Part shown: positions 1-12,000 of the stretch, one piece after another
How the letters are laid out: each line of letters starts with the position of its first letter
Position numbering within the stretch: the first letter of the stretch is position 1
DNA from: Macrostomum hystrix
Lineage: Eukaryota; Animalia; Platyhelminthes
Assembly: GCA_950097015.1 (NCBI GenBank)
Contig: CATNEN010000008.1
Span: forward strand, 124,001-188,000
DNA: 64,000 nt
Direction: 5' to 3'
Made by a program: the position numbers and the translations under genes
Notes under the pieces: generated by a model
Database searches by the model: none
Told to the model about the DNA's origin: nothing
The model's input: the letters and a program-made list of their open reading frames with translations, nothing else

Positions 1-535
1 AGCTGGTGTTTGTGTCAGGTAGCGTCAGTGTAAGCTGGTGTCTGTGTCAGTGTCAGCTGGTGTGTGTGTCAGCTGGTGTTTGTGTCAGCTGGTGTCTGTG
101 TCAGTGTCAGCTGGTGTTTGTGTCAGCTGGTGCTTGTCAGTGTCAGCTGGTGTCTGTGTCAGTGTCAGCTGGTGTCTGTGTCAGTGTAAGCTGGTGTCTG
201 TGTCAGTGTCAGCTGGTGCTTGTCAGTGTAAGCTGGTGTCTGTGTCAGTGTCAGCTGGTGTCTGTGTCAGTGTAAGCTGGTGTCTGTGTCAGTGTCAGCT
301 GGTGCTTGTCAGTGTAAGCTGGTGTTTGTGTCAGTGTCAGCTGGTGTTTGTGTCAGCTGGTGCTTGTCAGTGTAAGCTGGTGTCTGTGTCAGTGTCAGCT
401 GGTGTTTGTGTCAGGTAGCGCCAGTGTCAGCTGGTGTCTGTGTCAGTGTCAGCTGGTGTTTGTGTCAGGTAGCGCCAGTGTCAGCTGGTGTCTGTGTCAG
501 TGTCAGCTGGTGTTTGTGTCAGCTGCTGTCAGTCA
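1..535. repeat. Degenerate ~22-bp minisatellite (GTCAGTGTCAGCTGGTGTCTGT-like) in the first intron of the PARG-like gene; runs off the window edge
   Basis: Tandem reiteration seen directly; lies just beyond the minus-strand donor GTGAGT at 557-552. Confidence 0.9.
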
Positions 536-557
536 GATCCAGCAAGGTCAAACTCAC

Positions 558-915
558 GCAGATTCTGCCTTGAATAATTCAAGGTCTCCCGATGCGTCTC
601 CAGTGCCAGCACCCGGTCCACAATAAACGGCAGGGTGGCGCCGAAGAACTGTCGCCTCTCGTCCGGCCGCAGGCAGCTTTCTAAGAAACGACCCAAGCCG
701 GCAAAGCAGGACCTGCTGCGGCCAGCACCGGCGGTGGTGCCGCCAACACAGCTGGCGTGCAGCTGATCTAAGGCCCGCATCAGAGTGGAAGTTTTTCCGT
801 CATTCTGACGCAACAAAAGCAACAATTTGCGCAACTCCGGCCAGTTAGGAAGATCGACGGGCAATCTGACCGCAGATATGTGCAACGAATGAGGCGGCTG
901 CTGCTGCTGCTGCAT
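558..915 (-). CDS. PARG: Poly(ADP-ribose) glycohydrolase-like protein, first coding exon (rest lies outside the window)
   Basis: ATG at 915 (MQQQQQPPHS...). VRLPVDLPNWPELRKLL and FAGLGRFLE...ERRQFFGATLPFIVDRVLAL resemble the N-terminal helical part of invertebrate PARG-like proteins. Exon ends at CTGC|GTGAGT (558/557). Catalytic GGG-x-QEE motif not in window. Confidence 0.6.
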
Positions 916-1613
916 GGTCGGGTCTCTCAAACAAGAAACTAACCGATACAGTAGCTACAGAATAGTACAAAGTGTACTTAACGATTTTGAATCGTTCAGG
1001 CTGTTGCTCTAGCTTCGGAAGACTGGAATGAGATTTTTTACGGTAGCACTCATCGTAATAACCCCGTAAAAACGGAACATGGTACAAAAAGGCTAAAGTG
1101 TGACAGTGTTCCGTTTGATAAATTCTGTATAACTTTATAAACTTCAAAATGACGTTTCAAATTATCGCCTATGGTCTAACCTCTTGTTTATTTTACCAAT
1201 CTAGAGTGCCAAGAAAAATGAAATAAGAAAAAAACTGAAAAACAACTAGCGCGGTACAATATCACTCGCATCATAACGCTCTCCAGATTTCTCGTGTATT
1301 TCGTGAAGGGTCAATTAAGTTAATCTAAGCAAAATTAGAATTTAAGAAACTAGGCATTTGCTGTTTGTGTCTGGGGGAGGCCGACGCATGGGTCCAAATA
1401 TCTCTAACCAAATTACTATGAGTAGGATCTAAAGAATGTGCGAAAATCCCTTTGTTAACTATATACCCATTAAAGTACACATGCACTTTAAAAAGTGCGA
1501 GTTATCTACTTTAAAGTACACGTGTACTAAAAAAGTACTAGCGAAAGGACATTGGTAGGCTAAAGTGACAGAATATGAAAAGTACATCCGTTGCTACAAT
1601 AAATGTAATTTTT

Positions 1614-1931
1614 TTATTCGGACCCAGACAGCAGGCCGCGACAGGCGGATGTTAAACTGCTGGGCGCTCGCGCGAGCCAGGCGCAAGCGGCGGCGACTCC
1701 GCTATTCCATTGGCCGGCCGCGTTGTCAACTAGTTGGCCCCCGCTAGGCGCCGAGTCGACCATTGCCGCTGCCTCCGGCAGGATTTCGCGTCGCAGCCTG
1801 GTTGCAGCCGGATTCGGCAGGCCGGCCTGGAGGCTCCAGACGCCGGCTGAGTGCGTGGCCCATAGGGCGCCGCCGACTAGGCTCAGCTTGCTAGCGCGAA
1901 TCAGCCACGGGATTAGAACAGCCTGCAACAT
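1614..1931 (-). CDS. MICOS13: MICOS complex subunit MIC13 (QIL1), single exon, 105 aa
   Basis: KLSLVGGALWATHSAGVW and WNSGVAAACAWLARAPSSL match the MIC13 patterns (GSVAGGAVY...; WNAGIMTVMSALSVAPSK); size fits. Confidence 0.8.
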   Translation of the reverse strand: MLQAVLIPWLIRASKLSLVGGALWATHSAGVWSLQAGLPNPAATRLRREILPEAAAMVDSAPSGGQLVDNAAGQWNSGVAAACAWLARAPSSLTSACRGLLSGSE

Positions 1932-1960
1932 GATTGGTCAAAAACTAACATGAAAGAAAC

Positions 1961-2621
1961 GAAAACTACCGAGAATCTACTATGAATGGAGTGGAAACTA
2001 CCGAGAATCTACTATGAATGGAGTGGAAACTACCGAGAATCTACTATGAATGGAGTGGAAACTACCGACGATCTACTATGAATGGAGTGGAAACTACCGA
2101 CGATCTACTATGAATGGAGTGGAAACTACCGAGAATCTACTATGAATGGAGTGGAAACTACCGAGAATCTACTATGAATGGAGTGGAAACTACCGACGAT
2201 CTACTATGAATGGAGTGGAAACTACCGAGAATCTACTATGAATGGAGTGGAAACTACCGACGATCTACTATGAATGGAGTGGAAACTACCGACGATCTAC
2301 TATGAATGGAGTGGAAACTACCGAGAATCTACTATGAATGGAGTGGAAACTACCGAGAATCTACTATGAATGGAGTGGAAACTACCGAGAATCTACTATG
2401 AATGGAGTGGAAACTACCGAGAATCTACTATGAATGGAGTGGAAACTACCGCCAATCTATTTTGAAGGGAGTGGAAACTACCGAGAATCTACTATGAATG
2501 GAGTGGAAACTACCGAGAATCTACTATGAAGGGAGCGAAAACTACCGACAATCTACTATGAATGGAGTGGAAACTACCGACAATCTACTATAAAGGGAGT
2601 GGAAACTACCGAGAATCTACC
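1961..2621. repeat. 32-bp minisatellite GAAACTACCGAGAATCTACTATGAATGGAGTG (~20 copies)
   Basis: Direct tandem repeats beginning ~30 nt upstream of the MIC13 ATG. Confidence 0.95.
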
Positions 2622-2677
2622 ATGTACTATTATATGTACTACTAGTATAATGTACTACTCTCGAAGGACTACTCTAG

Positions 2678-4412
2678 GAAGAATGATGGGCATTGTGACT
2701 CTTGAAGGACAAGAATGATGAGCAATGTGACTCTTGAAGGACAAGAATGATGAGCAATGTGACTCTTGAAGGACAAGAATGATGAGCAATGTGACTCTTG
2801 AAGGACAAGAATGATGAGCAATGTGACTCTTGAAGGACAAGAATGATGAGCAATGTGACTCTTGAAGGACAAGAATGATGAGCAATGTGACTCTTGAAGG
2901 ACAAGAATGATGAGCATTGTGACTCTTGAAGGACAAGAATGATGAGCATTGTGACTCTTGAAGGACAAGAATGATGGGCATTGTGACTCTTGAAGGACAA
3001 GAATGATGAGCATTGTGACTCTTGAAGGACAAGAATGATGAGCATTGTGACTCTTGAAGGACAAGAATGATGAGCATTGTGACTCTTGAAGGACAAGAAT
3101 GATGGGCATTGTGACTCTTGAAGGACAAGAATGATGGGCATTGTGACTCTTGAAGGACAAGAATGATGAGCAATGTGACTCTTGAAGGACAAGAATGATG
3201 AGCAATGTGACTCTTGAAGGACAAGAATGATGAGCATTGTGACTCTTGAAGGACAAGAATGATGAGCAATGTGACTCTTGAAGGACAAGAATGATGAGCA
3301 ATGTGACTCTTGAAGGACAAGAATGATGAGCATTGTGACTCTTGAAGGACAAGAATGATGAGCAATGTGACTCTTGAAGGACAAGAATGATGGGCATTGT
3401 GACTCTTGAAGGACAAGAATGATGGGCATTGTGACTCTTGAAGGACAAGAATGATGGGCATTGTGACTCTTGAAGGACAAGAATGATGAGCATTGTGACT
3501 CTTAAAGGACAAGAATGATGAGCAATGTGACTCTTGAAGGACAAGAATGATGGGCATTGTGACTCTTGAAGGACAAGAATGATGGGCATTGTGACTCTTG
3601 AAGGACAAGAATGATGAGCAATGTGACTCTTGAAGGACAAGAATGATGAGCAATGTGACTCTTGAAGGACAAGAATGATGAGCATTGTGACTCTTGAAGG
3701 ACAAGAATGATGAGCAATGTGACTCTTGAAGGACAAGAATGATGAGCATTGTGACTCTTGAAGGACAAGAATGATGAGCAATGTGACTCTTGAAGGACAA
3801 GAATGATGGGCATTGTGACTCTTGAAGGACAAGAATGATGAGCATTGTGACTCTTGAAGGACAAGAATGATGAGCAATGTGACTCTTGAAGGACAAGAAT
3901 GATGAGCAATGTGACTCTTGAAGGACAAGAATGATGAGCATTGTGACTCTTGAAGGACAAGAATGATGAGCAATGTGACTCTTGAAGGACAAGAATGATG
4001 AGCAATGTGACTCTTGAAGGACAAGAATGATGAGCAATGTGACTCTTGAAGGACAAGAATGATGAGCAATGTGACTCTTGAAGGACAAGAATGATGGGCA
4101 TTGTGACTCTTGAAGGACAAGAATGATGGGCATTGTGACTCTTGAAGGACAAGAATGATGAGCAATGTGACTCTTGAAGGACAAGAATGATGGGCATTGT
4201 GACTCTTGAAGGACAAGAATGATGGGCATTGTGACTCTTGAATGACAAGAATGATGAGCAATGTGACTCTTGAAGGACAAGAATGATGAGCAATGTGACT
4301 CTTGAAGGACAAGAATGATGAGCAATGTGACTCTTGAAGGACAAGAATGATGAGCAATGTGACTCTTGAAGGACAAGAATGATGAGCATTGTGACTCTTG
4401 AAGGACAAGAAT
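2678..4412. repeat. 32-bp minisatellite GTGACTCTTGAAGGACAAGAATGATGAGCAAT (~54 copies)
   Basis: Direct tandem repeats; source of the 268-579 aa artefactual minus-strand ORFs. Confidence 0.97.
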
Positions 4413-4920
4413 GAAATGAGTTCCGGAGGTTTAAGGAAACAGTAGTCTTAAGTTGTTAGATAGGCAAGCAAATAAAAAAGTGAATGACGCAAAAAGAATG
4501 TTTTTAAAAGCCTTGTACTTGCTAACATGTATTTATACAACTATTCTGTAAATTTCGCTGTCATTCACCGCAACAGTTCAGGATAATACTTACAAATTAA
4601 AATAAGTTTAAAAACACATTTATTAGCTATTGGCAACCATAACATGATTTTTGTAGAATTTTTCAGGACAAAAATGTTTCTTTTTTAAAACGATCCGTGG
4701 CACGCCTAATATTGACTGAGCAGAGGATACGAGTAACTTGGCCAATTATGGAAGAAACAAATAAAAATTCATTAGTTACCTTAATGTGAGAACTCGCTAC
4801 TCGTCTTATTTTAACTCAACTAACTTCAAAATTAGACATAAAAGTTGAAAGAATGCTGTGCGATAGTGAAGGAAAATGTTGATATAGAAACCGCCTGTGT
4901 CAGCAAACTAGCATCCCTTG

Positions 4921-5815
4921 CACATTGGGATCTGGGATTGATAGAGCTCTGCGTACATTAGGATCTGGGATTGATAGAGCTCTGCGTACATTAGGATCTG
5001 GGATTGATAGAGCTCTGCGTACATTAGGATCTGGGATTGATAGAAGTCCGTGTACATTGGGATATGGGATTGATAGAGCTCTGCGTACATTAGGATCTGG
5101 GATTGATAGAAGTCCGTGTACATTGGGATCTGGGATTGATAGAAGTCCGTGTACATTGGGATATGGGATTGATAGAAGTCTGTGTACATTGGGATCTGGG
5201 ATTGATAGAAGTCTGTGTACATTGGGATCTGGGATTGATAGAAGTCCGTGTACATTGGGATATGGGATTGATAGAGCTCTGCGTACATTAGGATCTGGGA
5301 TTGATAGAAGTCCGTGTACATTGGGATATGGGATTGATAGAGCTCTGCGTACATTAGGATCTGGGATTGATAGAAGTCCGTGTACATTGGGATATGGGAT
5401 TGATAGAAGTCTGTGTACATTGGGATCTGGGATTGATAGAAGTCCGTGTACATTGGGATATGGGATTGATAGAGCTCTGCGTACATTAGGATCTGGGATT
5501 GATAGAGGTCTGCGTACATTAGGATATGGGATTGATAGAAGTCTGCGTACATTGGGATATGGGATTGATAGAAGTCTGCGTACATTAGGATCTGGGATTA
5601 TAGAGCTCTGCGTACATTAGGATCTGGGATTGATAGAGCTCTGCGTACATTAGGATCTGGGATTGATAGAGGTCTGTGTACATTGGGATATGGGATTGAT
5701 AGAGCTCTGCGTACATGAGGATATGGAATTGATAGAAGTCTGCGTACTTAGTGATATGGGATTGATAGAAGTCTGCGTACTTAGTGATATGGGATTGATA
5801 GAAGTCTGTGTAAAT
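4921..5815. repeat. 33-bp minisatellite TACATTGGGATCTGGGATTGATAGAGCTCTGCG (~27 copies)
   Basis: Direct tandem repeats with two main variants; 11-aa periodicity in the ORF track. Confidence 0.95.
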
Positions 5816-6340
5816 TAGATATGCAATCGGTAAGTTAATTAAAAAACCTTTGAAAAAATTTAAATCAAACGAATATTTACAAAAAATATGTTATTTATAC
5901 ACCAGATAGCGATATGCACTTTTCTCTAAGGGAAGTTAGTAACAATGAGTTAACTGTCGGTAATTTAACTGGGTCACGTCAGTTAAAAATAATTCTAAAC
6001 TGATATAGAAAACACAGTAAACAAATAACCTTAGTAATTTAGTCTCGAAGTAATTTAGTGACAATTAAAAAAAGCAAAACAAACAGAATACCAAAAATTA
6101 ATATTTGATTCATATTAACAATTTTTCTGGGAAGAAACTCAGAAAAGCAAACACAATTCAAAATTATCTTTAAACATTGAAAAATTTCAAAATCGCTGTG
6201 TAAATGTTAAGTACACAATGATTTGTTAACGGAATTGTTGCTAACAAAAATTAAGCATTAACAATATAAGCCCTGCTTGCCGTTTGATTATGAGATAGCT
6301 GCATTGTCCCTTCATCTGGGGCATTCATTCAGAAATCTTT

Positions 6341-8873
6341 CAGTGCAATCGATAATCCGTTCCTCCAAGTCATTAAGTGCAATCGCTAACCCGTTCCTCC
6401 AAGTCTTTAAGTGCAATCGATAATCCGTTCCTCCAAGTCTTTAAGTGCAATCGCTAATCCGTTCCTCCAAGCCTTTAAGTACAATCGCTAATCCGTTCCT
6501 CCAAGCCTTTAAGTGCAATCGCTAATCTGTTCCTCCAAGCCTTTAAGTGCAATCGCTAATCCGTTCCTCCAAGCCTTTAAGTGCAATCGCTAATCCGTTA
6601 CTCAAAGTCTTTCAGGGAAATCGATAATATATATTTTATATTTACAAGTCTTACAGTGCAATCGATAATCCGTTCCTCCAAGTCTTTAAGTGCAATCGAT
6701 AATCCGTTCCTCCAAGCCTTTAAGTACAATCGATAATCCGTTCCTCCAAGCCTTTAAGTGCAATCGCTAATCCGTTCCTCAAAGTCTTTCAGTGCAATCG
6801 ATAATCCGTTCCTCCAAGTCTTACAGTGCAATCGATAATCCGTTCCTCCAAGTCTTACAGTGCAATCGCTAATCCGTTCCTCCAAGTCTTTAAGTGCAAT
6901 CGATAATCCGTTCCTCCAAGTCTTTAAGTGCAATCGCTAATCCGTTCCTCCAAGCCTTTAAGTACAATCGATAATCCGTTCCTCCAAGCCTTTAAGTGCA
7001 ATCGCTAATCTGTTCCTCCAAGCCTTTAAGTGCAATCGCTAATCCGTTCCTCCAAGCCTTTAAGTGCAATCGCTAATCTGTTCCTCCAAGCCTTTAAGTG
7101 CAATCGCTAATCCGTTCCTCCAAGCCTTTAAGTGCAATCGCTAATCCGTTACTCAAAGTCTTTCAGGGAAATCGATAATATATATTTTATATTTACAAGT
7201 CTTACAGTGCAATCGATAATCCGTTCCTCCAAGTCTTTAAGTGCAATCGATAATCCGTTCCTCCAAGCCTTTAAGTACAATCGATAATCCGTTCCTCCAA
7301 GCCTTTAAGTGCAATCGCTAATCCGTTCCTCCAAGTCTTTCAGTGCAATCGATAATCCGTTCCTCCAAGTCTTCAAGTGCAATCGCTAATCCGTTCCTCC
7401 AAGTCTTACAGTGCAATCGCTAATCCGTTCCTCCAAGTCTTACAGTGCAATCGATAATCCGTTCCTCCAAGTCTTTAACTGCAATCGCTAATCCGTTCCT
7501 CCAAGTCTTTAAGTGCAATCGATAATCCGTTCCTCCAAGTCTTTAAGTGCAATCGCTAATCCGTTCCTCCAAGCCTTTAAGTGCAATCGCCAATCCGTTA
7601 CTCAAAGTCTTTCAGGGAAATCGATAATATATATTTTATATTTACAAGTCTTACAGTGCAATCGATAATCCGTTCCTCCAAGTCTTACAGTGCAATCGAT
7701 AATCCGTTCCTCCAAGTCTTTAAGTGCAATCGCTAATCCGTTCCTCCAAGTCTTTAAGTGCAATCGCTAATCGTTCCTCCAAGTCTTTAAGTGCAATCGA
7801 TAATCCGTTCCTCCAAGCCTTTAAGTACAATCGATAATCCGTTCCTCCAAGCCTTTAAGTGCAATCGCTAATCCGTTCCTCCAAGTCTTACAGTGCAATC
7901 GCTAATCGTTCCTCCAAGTCTTTAAGTGCAATCGATAATCTGCTCCTCCAAGTCTTACAGTGCAATCGCTAATCCGTTCCTCCAAGCCTTTAAGTACAAT
8001 CGCTAATCCGTTCCTCCAAGTCTTTAAGTGCAATCGCTAATCCGTTCCTCCAAGCCTTTAAGTACAATCGATAATCCGTTCCTCCAAGCCTTTAAGTGCA
8101 ATCGATAATCTGTTCCTCCAAGCCTTTAAGTGCAATCGCTAATCCGTTCCTCCAAGCCTTTAAGTGCAATCGCTAATCCGTTACTCAAAGTCTTTCAGGG
8201 AAATCGATAATATATATTTTATATTTACAAGTCTTACAGTGCAATCGATAATCCGTTCCTCCAAGTCTTTAAGTGCAATCGATAATCCGTTCCTCCAAGC
8301 CTTTAAGTACAATCGATAATCCGTTCCTCCAAGCCTTTAAGTGCAATCGCTAATCCGTTTCTCCAAGTCTTTCAGTGCAATCGATAATCCGTTCCTCCAA
8401 GTCTTACAGTGCAATCGATAATCCGTTCCTCCAAGTCTTTAAGTGCAATCGATAATCTGCTCCTCCAAGTCTTTAAGTGCAATCGCTAATCCGTTCCTCC
8501 AAGCCTTTAAGTGCAATCGATAATCTGCTCCTCCAAGCCTTTAAGTGCAATCGCTAATCTGTTCCTCCAAGCCTTTAAGTGCAATCGATAATCTGCTCCT
8601 CCAAGCCTTTAAGTGCAATCGATAATCTGCTCCTCCAAGCCTTTAAGTGCAATCGCTAATCTGTTCCTCCAAGTCTTTAAGGCAATCGCTAATCTGTTCC
8701 TCCAAGCCTTTAAGTGCAATCGATAATCCGTTCCTCCAAGCCTTTAAGTGCAATCGATAATCTGCTCCTCCAAGCCTTTAAGTGCAATCGCTAATCCGTT
8801 CCTCCAAGCCTTAAAGTGCAATCGCTAATCCGTTACTCAAAGTCTTTCAGGGAAATCGATAATATATATTTTT
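6341..8873. repeat. 34-bp minisatellite AAGTGCAATCGCTAATCCGTTCCTCCAAGCCTTT with a recurring AT-rich variant unit
   Basis: Unit spacing 6375 to 6409 = 34; variant ACTCAAAGTCTTTCAGGGAAATCGATAATATATATTTT recurs near 6600, 7150, 7600, 8185, 8835. Confidence 0.95.
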
Positions 8874-9015
8874 CAAGACTATAAGGCCAATTGCTAATCC
8901 CTCCCTCTAATCCTTTCAGGGCAATCGCTAATCCCTTTCTCTCAGTCTTTCAGTGCCGCTTTCATTATTGAAAGCATTTCAGGTGCCACATAGGCTTTTC
9001 AAAGCATAATAAATT

Positions 9016-12000
9016 CTATGCATCTGTGGTGTCAGCCTGTTTGACATCGGGCAGGGCCTCAGATACAGTTGAGTCTGTGGTAGATCGAATGCTGCGAATA
9101 TAATCGCGCAGCTCTTGCACACTCTGATTGCCAATATCGCGGAGGGCGGCTTTCAAAGCAGCCTGCAAAGGTCCGTCTAGGCCGGGATCGTGGCGCAGTA
9201 GCATCTTCACAACCGTGGCAAATGTATCACAGTCCTGCCTATACATTGATTCTATGTCGGCTTTACGGCGTCGAACCAACTCGCCGGCGGTTAGCGAGGA
9301 GGCTGCTGGCGGAGTAGCTGGTCGCGGAGGCGTAGAAGCACCGGCCGGATTAATCCTCTGACCTACGGGGGAACGCGAGCGGGATCCACTAGGAGAACGG
9401 GATCCCGACTGGGATCGATGGTTTGCAGTCACAGGCGACGTAGGCGACTTTTGCCTGTGCAGCGGCGCCGACGGTGGAACAGGACGACGCTTTGATCTGG
9501 GAGTGAACAGCATTGCGAAGTGGCTGCTGATGCACTTAAATTGCGACAGATAACCTAGGTGTACCACAGTAAAAGCTTTCATGGCATGAACAGATTCGGC
9601 GGACTCAACAGGGTCTGTGTACACTGGAATGGGGTTTGATAGACGTCTGTGTACACTGGAATGGGGTTTGATAGACGTCTGTGTACACTGGAATGGGGTT
9701 TGATAGACGTCTGTGTACACTGGAATGAGGATTGATAGGAGTCTGTGTACAGTAAAATAGGGTTTGATTATTGATAGAGGTTTGTGTACAGTGGAATGGG
9801 ATTGAACGGGGTACAGTGGGATGTGAGATAGATCACGGGTCGGTATGCATTTGCTTTGGAGGTTCGATTCGGGTTAGGAGAAAGTGGGATCAAAGGGTGG
9901 CATTGGAGATAGATCACAACGTTCTCTTGTACATGCAATGAGAATGGGAATTGAGGTCCTGCAGACATGGAGAATAATTGGTCAGAGCAATTGTCAGAGC
10001 AAAAGACCCAGCTCACCTGGACTCGCTTCCCCTGCCGCTCTGAACAGAGCGAGAACGCGACGAACGACTCGACGACTTCAGCGATGCCGCCACCGACGCA
10101 GGCCGGTCGTCGTCGTTTCGATCGTAATTATCGTAGGAGTCCCGGCGCTGCTGCTGCTGCTGCCAGCCGCTCCCAACGTCGCCTCCGCCCAGTCTTTTAG
10201 CCATAGACGACGAAAACTGTCCACTGCCGGACGACGAAGGATAAGCCGAGGCGGGCAGGGCGCCGCGCTCTTCTAAGCGACGACGCAGCTCCGGGTCGTT
10301 GCGAACGCGTTCCTTAGCAGCTTGCAGATCTTTAAACCAGACAATGTTGAGCCGGCAGCCCAGCACCGGCTTGCGACCATCATTGTAGCGACGGAGTAGC
10401 TGACATAACATTTAAGATGGTGCAAATGCGCGTTGAATTCGAGTATGTCGGCTGGCAAACACTAGGCAAAAAACATCCGGCGACATGATCCATCCACATC
10501 ACTGTTTAAAATCATTCCTATCAAAAATAGTAGCCTCCTATTTAAAAGCACACGGACTCCGATCATCCCTATATCCAGAAGTACACAGACCCCAATCAAT
10601 CAGTATCAAATAGTACACAGACCCCAATCAATCAGTATCAAATAGTACACAGACCCCAATCAATCAGTATCAAATAGTACACAGACCCCAATCAATCAGT
10701 ATCAAACAGTACACAGACCCCAATCAATCAGTATCAAATAGTACACAGACCCCAATCAATCAGTATCAAACAGTACACAGACCCCAATCAATGATCAGTA
10801 TCAAATAGTACACAGACCCCTATCAATCAGTATCAAATAGTACACAGACCCCTATCAATCAGTATCAAATAGTACACAGACCCCTATCAATCAGTATCAA
10901 ATAGTACACAGACCCTATCAATCAGTATCAAATAGTACACAGACCCCAATCAATCAGTATCAAACAGTACACAGACCCCTATCAATCAGTATCAAATAGT
11001 ACACAGACCCCTATCAATCAGTATCAAATAGTACACAGACCCTATCAATCAGTATCAAATAGTACACAGACCCCAATCAATCAGTATCAAACAGTACACA
11101 GACCCCTATCAATCAGTATCAAATAGTACACAGACCCCTATCAATCAGTATCAAACAGTACACAGACCCCTATCAATCAGTATCAAATAGTACACAGACC
11201 CCTATCAATCAGATCAAACAGTACACAGACCCCTATCAATCAGTATCAAACAGTACACAGACCCCAATCAATCAGTATCAAACAGTACACAGACCCCTAA
11301 CAATCAGATCAAACAGTACACAGACCCCAATCAATCAGTATCAAATAGTACACAGACCCCTATCAATAAGTATCAAATAGTACACAGACCCCTATCAATC
11401 AGTATCAAACAGTACACAGACCCTATCAATCAGTATCAAATAGTACACAGACCCCAATCAATCAGTATCAAACAGTACACAGACCCCTATCAATCAGTAT
11501 CAAACAGTACACAGACCCCTATCAATCAGATCAAACAGTACACAGACCCCTATCAATCAGTACAAAATAGTACACAGACCCCAATCAATCAGTATCAAAT
11601 AGTACACAGACCCCAATCAATCAGTATCAAATAGTACACAGACCCCAATCAATCAGTATCAAACAGTACACAGACCCTTATCAATCAGTACAAAATAGTA
11701 CACAGACCCCTATCAATCAGTACAAAATAGTACACAGACCCCTATCAATCAGTATCAAATAGTACACAGACCCCTATCAATCAGTATCAAACAGTACACA
11801 GACCCCTATCAATCAGTATCAAATAGTACACAGACCCCAATCAATCAGTATCAAACAGTACACAGACCCCTATCAATCAGTATCAAACAGTACACAGACC
11901 CCTATCAATCAGATCAAACAGTACACAGACCCCTATCAATCAGTACAAAATAGTACACAGACCCCAATCAATCAGTATCAAATAGTACACAGACCCCAAT

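Noticed and set aside
2655-5620. 225-579 aa periodic ORFs
   Set aside because: Open in several frames or on both strands because they translate 32/33-bp satellites.
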